Shown one piece after another: positions 39,182 to 50,112 of a DNA stretch of 64,000 nucleotides. Both the position numbers and the translations under genes were made by a program. The notes under the pieces were generated by a model. It made no database searches. It saw only the letters and a program-made list of their open reading frames with translations, and had not been told where the DNA came from. The first letter of the stretch is position 1; each line of letters opens with the position of its first letter. Location of the stretch: contig JAVJNR010000008.1 in the NCBI GenBank assembly GCA_040217195.1, positions 288,001-352,000 on the forward strand. Direction: 5' to 3'. Origin of the DNA: Leptospiraceae bacterium (GTDB taxonomy: Bacteria; Spirochaetota; Leptospiria; Leptospirales; Leptonemataceae).

Positions 39182-41149
39182 CTACCGTTTCCGGCCAGTA
39201 GTCTTTTTGGTTTTCTTTTTCGCCGTCTTCTTTGTAGTCTTTTTGGCCGTCTTCTTCGCCGTCTTTTTGGCGGATCGCCTGGTAGCTGCCACAGAACTCT
39301 TCTTGCCGGCTGACTTTTTCTTCGCCGTTTTCTTTTTGGCCAGTTTCTTTACGCCGGTTTTCTTTTTTGTTGATGCTGGTTTCGCAGTTTTGCTACTTTC
39401 TTTTGCGGCTTTTGTCTGCGATGTTGATTTTCGCCCTTTGCCCAGAAGTTCAATGGCCGGTCGACCAGAAGCGGTGTGGATATGTTCCAGCGGATACTGC
39501 TTTAGGTAATCTTTGATTTCTTTCTGCTGCCGGGCGGATGACCACTTTAGATGCTTACCGGCCAGACGAGCTACAGCTTCCAGCGCCGGTCTTTCCACTG
39601 GCCCGTAGGAACCCACTGCCAGTCTACGCACCAGAATGTCTTCCAGGGTGCGAGCCCCTTCATTTTGAACAGCGTACACCACCTGGGCCATAACATCCAG
39701 TTCCGGTCTTACTTTACTTACTGGTGCGCCCAGAGATCGATCCCGTTCCATCAGGTTTAGAACAGGAACATGCTCTGTACCATACATTGTAATCAGGTGA
39801 AGATGATTGGACTGAGCAATTCCTGCCATTCCATATTCTTTTAATGCAAAATCCCGGTAAATGTCTGCCGGGTTTCCGTATCCAGGAGATCCGAACAGAG
39901 GAAGTACCGATGTGTCTGCGCGGTTGGTAAGGACATCTTTTAATTCAGACTTTTTAAGAGCTCCCAGAACTACATCTTCGCCCAACTGACGAGACGTTGT
40001 CCATTTTCCCCCGGCTACAGATATAAGACCATCTATGGATTCTTCGGCATGATCATAGATTTCATATTTTCGACTGGCTTTGTAGGTGCCACTGTCTCCG
40101 TCTCCTGCAGCAATGAGAGGCCGAATGCCTATCGGTACGTGCAAAATATCTTCTTTGTTCAGTGGAGCCCCGGGTACCGTATCGTTTACATCGCTCATTA
40201 ATTCATCGATGTCGGTTTCTGTGGGACGAAGATCATCCGGATGCCCCTTGAAGGGTCGATCCGTGGGGCCAATTAAACTGTGACCTTCCCAGGGGATAAC
40301 GAAGAAATGGCGACCGGTGCGAGTGCGAAATAGAACGGAATGCTTGCCCATGATTGGCTTTGTGAGCAGATGAATTCCTTTTGATCTCTGTAGCTTCTGC
40401 CGGGGCTTATCTTCAAACAATCCAAGAACCAGGTCCATCCAGGGTCCGCTGGCATTAATGGTCAATGAAGCTCGGATGGTTGCAGTCTTACCTGTTAGAC
40501 GGTCTCGAACATTAGCGCCGCTAATCTGTGTGCGGCCTCCAGACTTTTCAACCAGGAATTCCACCGCTTCGGTATGATTATAGGCCACAGCCCCTTTCTC
40601 CACGGCTGATTTCAAAAACGCCAGGGACAATCTTTCCGGACGCAGGCTCTGATAATCATAGTACTCAAAGCCACATTTTACTTCCGGGCTGTCCAGAGTG
40701 GGATCCAGTTCTACAATTTCCTTTTTGCTCAAATAGCGAGACCCGGGAATATGTTTGTCGTCTGGAACATCCTGATTTCGATCGAAGGAAAGTGTATCGT
40801 AGGTGAGCAGTCCGGCTCGCATGATCACTCGCCCGGGATGACTCCAGGGAAAGATAGGAATAAGAAAGGAAAGTGGACGAACCAGGTGACCGGCTGCCAG
40901 GCCCAGGATTCGACGTTCACGAAGACTTTCCCGAACCAGGCCAAATTCGTAGTTTTCCAGGTATCGCAGTCCGCCATGAATTAGCTTGGATGTGGCGCCC
41001 GATGTAGACCAACCAAAGTCATTTTTTTCCACCAGGCAGGCTCTCAATCCGCGTTCGCTTGCTTCTCGCAGAACGGCCAGACCGGTAATTCCGCCGCCTA
41101 TGATCAATAGATCAAACTTGTCTGATTCCAGGTTTCGGTTTAAATTCAT
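39182..41149 (-). CDS. glpD: FAD-dependent glycerol-3-phosphate dehydrogenase with histone-H1-like C-terminal tail
   Basis: [48 protein letters not shown]; about 85-aa K/A/T-rich tail. Confidence 0.92.
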   Translation of the reverse strand: MNLNRNLESDKFDLLIIGGGITGLAVLREASERGLRACLVEKNDFGWSTSGATSKLIHGGLRYLENYEFGLVRESLRERRILGLAAGHLVRPLSFLIPIFPWSHPGRVIMRAGLLTYDTLSFDRNQDVPDDKHIPGSRYLSKKEIVELDPTLDSPEVKCGFEYYDYQSLRPERLSLAFLKSAVEKGAVAYNHTEAVEFLVEKSGGRTQISGANVRDRLTGKTATIRASLTINASGPWMDLVLGLFEDKPRQKLQRSKGIHLLTKPIMGKHSVLFRTRTGRHFFVIPWEGHSLIGPTDRPFKGHPDDLRPTETDIDELMSDVNDTVPGAPLNKEDILHVPIGIRPLIAAGDGDSGTYKASRKYEIYDHAEESIDGLISVAGGKWTTSRQLGEDVVLGALKKSELKDVLTNRADTSVLPLFGSPGYGNPADIYRDFALKEYGMAGIAQSNHLHLITMYGTEHVPVLNLMERDRSLGAPVSKVRPELDVMAQVVYAVQNEGARTLEDILVRRLAVGSYGPVERPALEAVARLAGKHLKWSSARQQKEIKDYLKQYPLEHIHTASGRPAIELLGKGRKSTSQTKAAKESSKTAKPASTKKKTGVKKLAKKKTAKKKSAGKKSSVAATRRSAKKTAKKTAKKTTKKTAKKKTKKTTGRKR

Positions 41150-42315
41150 GAAGGCCTTTTCTTGATCAGGATCTTTCGTTCAATTTCGAAGATTTTAGAT
41201 TCGATTTTCTCTTTTCCCAGGTTCTTCTTTTCGTTCTCTTTGATGAATAGATCTTCACCGTGCTCATCCAGAACCTCTCCGGGTCGCTTATTCTTCACTC
41301 CAATGAATTGAGCATGAAGAATTCCCGTTCCAGGCATTGGACCATCTTCCAGAGCAAGAACTCTGGTTATGGAACCCACAGTATCTCCGCTTATGGCAGG
41401 CTGGGTATGATATCCTTCGGTGTAACCAAGATCCCAGAGCATGTTCTCGGTAGTGTCCCGACTGGCCATACCGGCCAGCCATCCGAATACAAGTCCACCG
41501 TAAACAATGGGCTCTCCGCTCATCGGACCGGAAAGAGACTGGGAGTAAATCTTATCATAATGCAATGGATGGGTATTTCCCATGCGATAGGTCCAGGGCA
41601 CATGCTCATCTGTAATGGTTCGCATATTCTTATGCACCAGAATATCGCCCACCTGAAAGTCTTCGAAGTATGTATTGCTACCGGTATGAGCAATCATATC
41701 TGCATCTAGTTTTTTTAGCTCCGGCAATTCTATTTCTGGATTACTCACCTCTGGAAAAGGAGCCTCTGGATTTCCACCCTGGGAAGGCCCGTCCCCTTTT
41801 CTGGGTGGAATCATGATTTTTCTTTCATACTGGATAATAACTTCGCCTGCCTGATTCAATCCCAGAGTCTTAACATGCACGATCCCAGGTTTTCCTTCGC
41901 CCCGTTCCCGGCGGTCCAGAACTTTAGAACGAGCTGTAATTGTATCTCCTGGATAGACTGGCTTTAGAAAATGAACATTATAGTAGCCCAGGTTGGCGAT
42001 GGCTTTTTCTGAATTATTTTGCACACCCAGGGAAAGAACTACATTAAATACCTGGAGTGGATGAACGAGTAAATCCTTAAAACCGTGAGCCTGCGCATAG
42101 GGTGCGCTGAGAAAGAGAGGACATGCATCATGGAACACTGTGGCGTATTCCTGTGCGAATGTTCGATCCACTGTGAAGGCTCGCGGATGAATAAATACAT
42201 CTCCCTGGTTGAAATCCTGCAGATATCGGCCATATTGCCGCTCCTGTCTCCTGGACAGATCTGCAGACACGGTGGAGGACTTTTCTTCTATGGTAGGTGC
42301 TTTGAACTTTGCCAT
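41146..42315 (-). CDS. double-hotdog MaoC-family dehydratase (mesaconyl-CoA hydratase-like)
   Basis: GRYLQDF..GD, ANLGY..PVYPGDT, second domain [21 protein letters not shown]; overlaps glpD by 4 bp. Confidence 0.85.
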   Translation of the reverse strand: MAKFKAPTIEEKSSTVSADLSRRQERQYGRYLQDFNQGDVFIHPRAFTVDRTFAQEYATVFHDACPLFLSAPYAQAHGFKDLLVHPLQVFNVVLSLGVQNNSEKAIANLGYYNVHFLKPVYPGDTITARSKVLDRRERGEGKPGIVHVKTLGLNQAGEVIIQYERKIMIPPRKGDGPSQGGNPEAPFPEVSNPEIELPELKKLDADMIAHTGSNTYFEDFQVGDILVHKNMRTITDEHVPWTYRMGNTHPLHYDKIYSQSLSGPMSGEPIVYGGLVFGWLAGMASRDTTENMLWDLGYTEGYHTQPAISGDTVGSITRVLALEDGPMPGTGILHAQFIGVKNKRPGEVLDEHGEDLFIKENEKKNLGKEKIESKIFEIERKILIKKRPS

Positions 42316-42387
42316 CAAACCTTGATTTTTTTATGCAGCGCAGGACGCAACCGTTTTGAATTCGTCTCCGGGGCCAGGCAATCAGGC

Positions 42388-42978
42388 TTACATGGTGCCA
42401 TAGTAGTCCGCCGATGAGTAATCATCGGGCAATTCTTCCAGTGTAGTGCCAATTAGCTCAAGACCGTCTCTATTCTCAGGAGGTATCAGGGTGCCTTCGG
42501 TACTGCAATCGGTGAATCGGCTCTCTACAAACCTGGTTCCGTGGAATCTGGACCGGTGCAGTTCGCAGTTCATTAGCTGGCAGTCCTCCATCTCAGAAAG
42601 GATTACCGAGGCTTTGGTAAAATCGCAGGATTGAAATTTTAAACTCTCCAGGTCGGTCTTCATGAAGGAGGTCTCGGGCAGACTTACTTTCGAAAAAGAG
42701 CAGTTCTTCAGGTGAGCTCCATGAAATGTGGAACCTCGTAGATCGGCACCGTCGAAGGTAACGAACTCCAGATCACAGCCTGAAAAGCAAACTCCTCGTA
42801 AGCCACTTCCAGTAAAATTCGCACCGGAAAGCTCGCTGCCGCCAAAGTCGCTTCCGGAAAGGTCCAGACCGGAAAGATCCAGGCCTCTTAAATCCAGATG
42901 TTTCAATTTCAGTCCATCAGGGAATTTTAGAAGCAATCGGTGGATTTCTTCGCGCGTGGATGGGAATCCGCCGGTCAT
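42388..42978 (-). CDS. pentapeptide-repeat protein
   Basis: Tandem LDLRG LDLSG LDLSG SDFGG SELSG ANFTG units. Confidence 0.85.
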   Translation of the reverse strand: MTGGFPSTREEIHRLLLKFPDGLKLKHLDLRGLDLSGLDLSGSDFGGSELSGANFTGSGLRGVCFSGCDLEFVTFDGADLRGSTFHGAHLKNCSFSKVSLPETSFMKTDLESLKFQSCDFTKASVILSEMEDCQLMNCELHRSRFHGTRFVESRFTDCSTEGTLIPPENRDGLELIGTTLEELPDDYSSADYYGTM

Positions 42979-43128
42979 ACAGTATGGTAAGGAATCCATG
43001 GAAGCTGGCAACAATACATGGATACTTTTTCCGTCGCAGAAAGGATACACCTTATGCGATCTGAGGGGTTCAATGGAAATCTAGCCTGGAATGACTATAA
43101 ATTGAGCATCCAGCCCGGTTAGCAGCTT

Positions 43129-45267
43129 TCAGGGATCCTGCCACATACCATGCTCTTGAATCAAATCAATCAATGCCTGGTCTGCTTCTGATGAGGGGAT
43201 GTTCTTTCGAACCACTTCTTTGCCATGGTACAGATTGATTTTTCCTGGTGCAGACCCCACGTATCCAAAATCCGCATCTGCCATTTCACCCGGCCCGTTT
43301 ACAATGCAGCCCATGACAGCAATCTTAACTCCTTTCAGATGACCGGTCTTGGATTTGATCCTGGCCGTGGTTTCCTGAAGATCGAATAACGTACGGCCGC
43401 AGGAAGGGCAACTAATGTACTCCGTGCGGTAAAGCCGAATACGGGTAGTTTGCAGTAAATCCAGAGCCATGGAAACAGCGGATGCAGAATCTGAGGATTG
43501 AACCAGGATTCCGTCTCCCAGGCCCTCCAGAAGCAACCCTCCGCTATGAATGGATGTGCGATACAGGGATGCATTTTCGTTAATCTCAGCCTCTGCTGCA
43601 GAATCCATGGAGCTTGCCAGTTGCTTTCTGGCACCGGCCGAGGAGAATAAAACCACAGGGATTCTCTGACCCATTTTTTCCAGAATCTCCACTGCCAATC
43701 GATAGCTAAGAGTTGCGGATACAGGTTCCTGGCAATTCAAAGTAAGCCAGGTGGGTTTCCAGGAAGCGATTTGATTCAAAGCGTCGGGCAAATCTTTGAG
43801 ATCGGCTACCGAGCCAATCTGAAGACAATAGGCCGCTGCCGGGTTCAAGGAATGGTCTGCTTTCATGCTCTGCAATTCTGAGATTGTAAATTGATAGAGG
43901 GGGAGAACCGATGGTGCATTCAGAGGTTCAGCGTTGCCTAAATCCCAATCGTCCTGAATGGACCTGGAAAGATATACAGGTATTTCACTTAAACCTTCTA
44001 GCTGAGCCTCATCCTCGATAACTACAAAATCGATTCCTTCTAATTGATCGGGCAGCTTCTGATCCGCACTGAGCCAGATGCCGGCGCGAACGGGATTCAG
44101 TGCTCCGAATGAAATAGCAGGCGCAAGGGAACCTTGCGTATTCTCAGTATCGATCTGAGCGCTGGCTGGAGCATCCGTCTTTCTTCGCAGGGTTGTGTAC
44201 GGATTGGCCAGAGATTTGCATCCCAGTTCCGACACACGGCTTGCCAGGTTCAACGAAGAGCTTTGCAGGGCCTGGATTTGAGTTTTCCAGGATTGGCAAA
44301 ATTCTTTCAGTGCATTTTCCTGGAATCGATTGTATAGATCTGCCAGAGCTCTGGCCACAGGTACTTCATGTACTGCATCCTCGGTTAAGGAGACTCGAAT
44401 CGTATCTCCCAGTCCATCCTCCAGCAAAGCGCCGATTCCACATGCAGATTTCATTCGTCCATCTTTGCCATCGCCTGCTTCTGTAACTCCCAGATGCAGA
44501 GGATAATCCATGTCTTCCAGGCGAAACCGCTCCACCAGCATACGATAGGCCTGAATCATTACCTGAGGATTGCTTGCCTTCATAGAAACGATAATATCCC
44601 GGTAATCATAGAGTTCTGCAATCTTGATAAACTCTATGGCCGATTCTACCATTCCTCGCGGAGTATCACCGTAGCGATTCATGATACGATCGGACAGTGA
44701 ACCATGGTTGACTCCAATACGCATGGACCGGCCAAGCTCCTGGGCGCGCAAAACCAGAGGCTTAAACAAATCATGAATTCGTTCCAGCTCTTTCTGGTAC
44801 TCCAGGTCCGTATACTCTCGAACAGCAAACATCTTTGTATCTGCGAAATTGCCTGGATTGATGCGAACCTTTTCTACATACTCTACCGCTGTCAGTGCCG
44901 CTCGCGGAGAGAAATGTATATCTGCCACCAGCGGACCTGTATATCCCTGCTCATTTAGTCTGTTTCGAATGCTTTCCAGGTTTTTGGCCTCTTTCGGACC
45001 CTGGGCTGTAATCCTTACTATCTCGCATCCAGCATCAAAGAGCTGAATGGCTTCGGCCACTGTGGCCTCTGTATCCAGAGTTGGCGCCACGGTCATGGAT
45101 TGAATTCGGATGGGATTGCTGCCGCCAACTCCAACAGAGCCTACCATTACTTCCCTGGTGTTACGTCTCTGGTAGGAGAACAGGTCATTCGTAAAATTCC
45201 CATTGGGCTCAAATTCCAGGCTTTGAAAAGGGGGTGCGGATTGATCCGTATTGACGGCTGAGTTCAC
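43129..45267 (-). CDS. ispG: (E)-4-hydroxy-3-methylbut-2-enyl-diphosphate synthase, long form with central insertion domain
   Basis: PIRIQSM, LVADIHF, RINPGN, IGVNHGSL, HLGVTEAG, GDTIRVSL, SCPSCGR, MGCIVNGPGE. Confidence 0.95.
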   Translation of the reverse strand: MNSAVNTDQSAPPFQSLEFEPNGNFTNDLFSYQRRNTREVMVGSVGVGGSNPIRIQSMTVAPTLDTEATVAEAIQLFDAGCEIVRITAQGPKEAKNLESIRNRLNEQGYTGPLVADIHFSPRAALTAVEYVEKVRINPGNFADTKMFAVREYTDLEYQKELERIHDLFKPLVLRAQELGRSMRIGVNHGSLSDRIMNRYGDTPRGMVESAIEFIKIAELYDYRDIIVSMKASNPQVMIQAYRMLVERFRLEDMDYPLHLGVTEAGDGKDGRMKSACGIGALLEDGLGDTIRVSLTEDAVHEVPVARALADLYNRFQENALKEFCQSWKTQIQALQSSSLNLASRVSELGCKSLANPYTTLRRKTDAPASAQIDTENTQGSLAPAISFGALNPVRAGIWLSADQKLPDQLEGIDFVVIEDEAQLEGLSEIPVYLSRSIQDDWDLGNAEPLNAPSVLPLYQFTISELQSMKADHSLNPAAAYCLQIGSVADLKDLPDALNQIASWKPTWLTLNCQEPVSATLSYRLAVEILEKMGQRIPVVLFSSAGARKQLASSMDSAAEAEINENASLYRTSIHSGGLLLEGLGDGILVQSSDSASAVSMALDLLQTTRIRLYRTEYISCPSCGRTLFDLQETTARIKSKTGHLKGVKIAVMGCIVNGPGEMADADFGYVGSAPGKINLYHGKEVVRKNIPSSEADQALIDLIQEHGMWQDP

Positions 45268-45308
45268 AATTCAAAATTGAAACGAAACCCTTCGGGAGCA
45301 ACAGAAAA

Positions 45309-47117
45309 ATGGCCAATCCAGGATTACAGCCTTTCGACATTTCGGACTATGAAGGACTGAGAGGTCTGAACTTCTTTGAGGAGGACCGAGTTCTGCAGAG
45401 AATCATGCTGCAGCATGCCAGTGGACTGGAAAAGGACCATGCCGCGGACATGATGGGGCATATCCACGGATATGGAGGACTGACCGGCGGCATCCTGGAT
45501 GAATTAACTGTGGCTTCCCATAGAGAGGGAAAGTATGGTGAAATCCGCACTTTTGATCGATCCGGTAACCGAATCGATGAAATAGATTACTGTGCAGAAC
45601 AACTGGAATCCAGAAGAATCTCCTATGATTACGGAATCGTCAATCTGGACTTCCATCCAGAGTGGAAGCATCCATTTACAACGTTACACCGAATGGCCCT
45701 GGCCTATCTATGCAATGAGGTAGGAGAAGGAGGAGTGGCCTGTCCACTGGCCATGACCGATGGGATGATTCTGGCTCTCAAGGAACTGGGTACCGATGAG
45801 CAAAAGGAATTGTACCTCCCACTTGTGGCCGGTCCCGGAAGTTATAGTCATTTCATGTGCGGCCAGTATGTCACGGAAAGAGTAGGCGGATCCAATGTAG
45901 GAGCCAATCGTACTGTGGCAAGACCTCTGGAAAACGGCAAATGGGTATTAACCGGAGAGAAATGGTTCTGTTCCAATCCTGGTGATCTATGGGTCACAAC
46001 GGCGCGAATTGAGGATTCGGAACGAATTGGTATGTTTCTGGTTCCCAGACTGAAAGAGGATGGAACCAAGAACGGCTATCAACTGCTGCGAAAGAAAGAA
46101 ATCATTGGCTCTCGGGGAAAACTAACCGCTGAGTGCACCTATGAAGATTTGATCGCTGAGCCCCTGGGTCGAGTATCCCATGGCCTGGCCAACATAATAC
46201 GATATGTAATCAAAACCAGCCGTATGCATGTGGCTGCTGGTGCGGCCGGCATGGGACGAAGAGCTCTTCGCGAGGCCCTGGCGTACACATCCGTGCGAAC
46301 AGCCTACGGAAAACGAATCATAGATATTCCTGTGACCACTCTACTGCTTTCCAGAATGAGCATTTTACAGACGGCTGTGGAGCTGGCCATTTTTAGAACT
46401 TTTAGAATGGAAGAAGAAGGGGATGTACTGAGCGGATTGTTAACTCCATTGATGAAATACTGCTCCAGCGTGCATTCCACCTGGCTGATTCAAAAAGCGA
46501 TGATGCTACATGGTGGCAATGGAATCCTGGGTGATTTTTCGGTCCTGCCCAGGCTGCTAAACGATTCAATAATCAATGAAACCTGGGAAGGGGCTCATCC
46601 ACTTATCCAGGAACATGCACTAAAAGCCTATCATAGACCGAAAATTAAACGTGCTCTGGGAGAATGGATCGAAAGAACCGTTCAGAATGCCACCGGAAGC
46701 GCCGCTGCAAGTACGGCCCGGGCACTGCAAAAGGAATGGCAGGATTTCAACTCTTTCATGAGCGAAAACAGTCATGATTTTTTGGAGCTGAACCGGGAAG
46801 CTGTATGTGATCGATTGTATGGTATTCTTTCGGTGGTGCTGCTGCTCGAACAGTCCCTGTATTCGCCGGAACCATCGCCGGCCCTGGAAGTCTTGAATTC
46901 CGAAATAATGCCCGATGGAAACGATGAGGTAAGATCAGGCTTTGAATACTGGAGCCAGAGAGTGGAAAGAGAAAACAAGATCTTTGCCCTGATGGCATCG
47001 GGGATGATGGAAATGCAAATTCACGGTCGTGAAACCGCAGCCAGCTCAGACGGTGTTTTCTCCAGCATGGAAAGTATGAAATCCATTGTAGGCTTTCAGG
47101 GGTTAATCAATCCCTGA
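45309..47117 (+). CDS. acyl-CoA dehydrogenase family protein (AidB-like)
   Basis: CPLAMT, TERVGGSNV, GEKWFCS, R.AYGK, HGGNG, ETWEG. Confidence 0.88.
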   Translation: MANPGLQPFDISDYEGLRGLNFFEEDRVLQRIMLQHASGLEKDHAADMMGHIHGYGGLTGGILDELTVASHREGKYGEIRTFDRSGNRIDEIDYCAEQLESRRISYDYGIVNLDFHPEWKHPFTTLHRMALAYLCNEVGEGGVACPLAMTDGMILALKELGTDEQKELYLPLVAGPGSYSHFMCGQYVTERVGGSNVGANRTVARPLENGKWVLTGEKWFCSNPGDLWVTTARIEDSERIGMFLVPRLKEDGTKNGYQLLRKKEIIGSRGKLTAECTYEDLIAEPLGRVSHGLANIIRYVIKTSRMHVAAGAAGMGRRALREALAYTSVRTAYGKRIIDIPVTTLLLSRMSILQTAVELAIFRTFRMEEEGDVLSGLLTPLMKYCSSVHSTWLIQKAMMLHGGNGILGDFSVLPRLLNDSIINETWEGAHPLIQEHALKAYHRPKIKRALGEWIERTVQNATGSAAASTARALQKEWQDFNSFMSENSHDFLELNREAVCDRLYGILSVVLLLEQSLYSPEPSPALEVLNSEIMPDGNDEVRSGFEYWSQRVERENKIFALMASGMMEMQIHGRETAASSDGVFSSMESMKSIVGFQGLINP

Positions 47118-47668
47118 ATTCTCAGTGCGGGCACAGGACCAAAAAAGCGGCTGTCCAGTCCAGAGTAGCGGTTATCTGCCAGAAGGAAGTATTCTCCAGG
47201 TTTGAGTCTTACCGGAGGCATCTGATCCCAGGCGCTGTCTGCAAGGATGGGTCTTTTTTCACCCAGGGCCTGGTAGGCCACTTCCTGGAATGATTCCCGC
47301 AGAAGTCGGCCATTGATGTAGACTTGAGCGTCTCTCAATTCAATCGTCTGTCCGGGTAAGCCAACAATCCGTCGAATCATATGCACATCTTCCAGTTCTG
47401 GATGGCGTAAGACGACCACGGCACCGGATTTAAGATCTTCTGAGCCAAACATCCTGGAAACATATACCACCTCTCCCGATTTAAGAGAAATGTCCGATGC
47501 AGGAGCCATGGATTGGTCCGGTATTTCCAGAGGATAGGCAACCCAGCCATGCAAAATCCATCTTACCAGAACACCAAGCAATACAGCCAGCACCAGACCA
47601 GTGGCCAGTCCCGCTCCCTGGATTTTGCGTTCCCGATTGGGCACCAGGTCTCTATGACGAAGATTCAT
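47096..47668 (-). CDS. lepB: signal peptidase I family protein (catalytic Lys replaced by Arg)
   Basis: One TM, QSMAP (Ser), MIRRIVGLPG, LADNRYSGLDSRFFGPV. Confidence 0.8.
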   Translation of the reverse strand: MNLRHRDLVPNRERKIQGAGLATGLVLAVLLGVLVRWILHGWVAYPLEIPDQSMAPASDISLKSGEVVYVSRMFGSEDLKSGAVVVLRHPELEDVHMIRRIVGLPGQTIELRDAQVYINGRLLRESFQEVAYQALGEKRPILADSAWDQMPPVRLKPGEYFLLADNRYSGLDSRFFGPVPALRIQGLINP

Positions 47669-47756
47669 AAGAAAACAGGGAGTGGTCAGGCTATGCCGGG
47701 TCAACCGGAATCTAAAATCGCTGGCCAGTGAGCTCCCTGGTCTCAGTCTGGAATTC

Positions 47757-48893
47757 GTGGCGGACTATATCTATATAGATACTCAGCAGGCCCTGGATGA
47801 TGCCATGAGCCACATTGAGAACTCGCCCTACCTTGCCCTGGATACGGAAAGCTCAAGCTTCTATACCTATTTCAACGAACTGTGTTTGCTTCAGTTCAGC
47901 TGTCAGGGAATGCATGGAATCATAGATCCACTGGCCGGACTGAACCTGGCAAGCCTTGGACAGGCCATGGAAAACCAGGCGATAGAGAAAATCTTTCATG
48001 CAGCAGCCTCTGATATCGTTGAACTGAAACGGGACCTGGGCTGGAAATTTGTAAATGTATTCGATACATTCCTGGCCTGCAAGTATCTAGGATTCGATGC
48101 CTGCTCCCTGTCTGCTCTGGTGCATTACTATTGCGGTGTAACCCTGGAGAAGGGCGAGCAGAAATCGAACTGGAAGCAAAGACCTTTAACTCAATCTCAG
48201 CTCGATTATGCACATCTGGATACTCTATATCTGGCAGAAATCAGAAACCATATGCATCCTGAACTGAAAAAGCAAGGTCTGGAAGAGGAGTACTATCAGG
48301 AAATCGAATTCCAGGTGGCCAGCTTATCGGCGGATGTTAAGGAAAAGGATCCAGATTCTTATGCGAAGGTAAACGGAGTGCAAAAGCTTAGCGCTCCAGA
48401 GCGAGGACGATTCAAAGCAATCTTTGATATTCGTGAAGAGGAGGCGGCAGCACAGAACATTGCTCCCTTCCGACTCATAAACAACCATGAAATGATACGC
48501 ATGGCCAGAAATGTTCCCGAAAAAGCATCTGATTTCAGACGATTCAAAGCTCATCCCAGGTTCTTTGCCAGACGCAGCGACGATTTATTAAAATCCATCC
48601 AGGGGGCAGAACCCATTGAAAGGAATCGGCTGCCGGCCCCACCGGTATTTGAGGCGGGAACCGAAGAATTGTTCAAAACACTGAAAGGCTGGCGAAGCGA
48701 AGTGGCTGAAAAAAGAAATATGGAAAGCGGAATGATTCTGAATAACCGGGTATTGAAAGAGATTGCCCGTCAAAGGCCGGTTACCATTGATCAGTTGAAA
48801 TCCATGGATTTGATGACCGCCTGGAAAGCAGAGAATTATGGCCCGGAAATACTGACGACCATAGAGGCAGCCGAAAGCGATAACAGGAAATAA
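47757..48893 (+). CDS. rnd: ribonuclease D with two HRDC domains
   Basis: ALDTES, KIFHAAASD, FDT, SNWKQRPLT..YAHLD; start uncertain (47682 or GTG 47757). Confidence 0.9.
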   Translation: MADYIYIDTQQALDDAMSHIENSPYLALDTESSSFYTYFNELCLLQFSCQGMHGIIDPLAGLNLASLGQAMENQAIEKIFHAAASDIVELKRDLGWKFVNVFDTFLACKYLGFDACSLSALVHYYCGVTLEKGEQKSNWKQRPLTQSQLDYAHLDTLYLAEIRNHMHPELKKQGLEEEYYQEIEFQVASLSADVKEKDPDSYAKVNGVQKLSAPERGRFKAIFDIREEEAAAQNIAPFRLINNHEMIRMARNVPEKASDFRRFKAHPRFFARRSDDLLKSIQGAEPIERNRLPAPPVFEAGTEELFKTLKGWRSEVAEKRNMESGMILNNRVLKEIARQRPVTIDQLKSMDLMTAWKAENYGPEILTTIEAAESDNRK

Positions 48894-48917
48894 CTGCCCG
48901 TACTACTGGAGATTCAT

Positions 48918-50042
48918 ATGCCCTCAAATAAACCATCTCGATTTACTATTGCCACCCTGGTGTTTTTAGGAGTACTGGTTGGCACATTTCTCAGTCCTCT
49001 GATATATAGCGGATTTCGAAACTCGGCGAATTACCAGTTCTCGGATGCCCAGCCCCTGAGTGCTGACGATCAGAAGGTGGCCCTGGCATTGCAGGAAAAC
49101 TACATGAATGTTTTTCGCAAGGCTCAGCCTTCCGTAGTTTACATCAGAACAAATGTAGTCATTCAGCCGCGAAACTTCTTTGAGTACTATCGCCAGGTCG
49201 AAGGAGCCGGTGCAGGCTTTGTAATCGACAAAGAAGGTTACATAGTTACCAACAACCATGTTGTTGCAGGGGCCAGAAGGATAGAAGTTATCTTTAGCGA
49301 TAGCCGTACTGTGGAGGCCACCCTGGTGGGCCGGGATGAAGCTTCGGATATTGCTCTGATCAAAGTGCCAGCCTCAGATGATCTGGTACCGGCTGTTCTG
49401 GGAGACTCTGATAAGGTGGAGCCAGGACAGATGGCATTTGCTCTGGGTAGCCCGTTTGGACTGGAAAGCACATTTACCATGGGAATCATATCTGCCAAGG
49501 CGCGAAAGGTAGATAACTCCAGGTATTCCAGGATTCAAACGGATGCTTCCATTAATCCAGGGAACTCCGGAGGCCCGTTGCTCAATATTTTTGGTGAAGT
49601 GGTAGGCATCAATCAATCCATCATTTCGCCAAACGGCCAGGGGGGATCAGTGGGAATTGGATTTGCCATTCCTATCAATGAAGCCAAGGCTATCATTCAG
49701 CAGCTTAAAACGGAAAAGAGAGTTATTGGAAAACCAGCCCTTGGTGTGTCCCTGACTCAGCCCGGCCAATCCTTTCGCAACTATCTGAATCTGGGTAACG
49801 AACCAGGAGTTCTGGTGCGATTCGTAGTGCCCGGTTCGGCCGCAGAAGAAGCTGGTATTCGGCAAAACGATTTTATTACAAAAGCTAACGGAACGGTCAT
49901 CGAAGAGCCTGATGATTTGATTGCTCAGGTCCAGGAGACTGGAGTCGGTAACAAACTGGAGCTGGAAATCATTCGAGACGGAAAGAGGATCAAGGTCACA
50001 GCTACCATCGGAGAAGATCTACAGACCGGAAGTCCCATGTAA
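48918..50042 (+). CDS. htrA: HtrA/DegP-family serine protease with one PDZ domain
   Basis: TNNHVV, SDIAL, QTDASINPGNSGGPL, PDZ PGSAAEEAGI. Confidence 0.93.
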   Translation: MPSNKPSRFTIATLVFLGVLVGTFLSPLIYSGFRNSANYQFSDAQPLSADDQKVALALQENYMNVFRKAQPSVVYIRTNVVIQPRNFFEYYRQVEGAGAGFVIDKEGYIVTNNHVVAGARRIEVIFSDSRTVEATLVGRDEASDIALIKVPASDDLVPAVLGDSDKVEPGQMAFALGSPFGLESTFTMGIISAKARKVDNSRYSRIQTDASINPGNSGGPLLNIFGEVVGINQSIISPNGQGGSVGIGFAIPINEAKAIIQQLKTEKRVIGKPALGVSLTQPGQSFRNYLNLGNEPGVLVRFVVPGSAAEEAGIRQNDFITKANGTVIEEPDDLIAQVQETGVGNKLELEIIRDGKRIKVTATIGEDLQTGSPM

Positions 50043-50112
50043 TTTACCAGCCTTGTAGCGCAGCCTTATTTGCTGCGCGAAAGTCGTGCTAGACCCTGCT
50101 CTGGAGAATGAT

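Noticed and set aside
39177..39509. 110-aa hydrophobic ORF on the + strand
   Set aside because: Antisense shadow of the Lys-rich GlpD tail.
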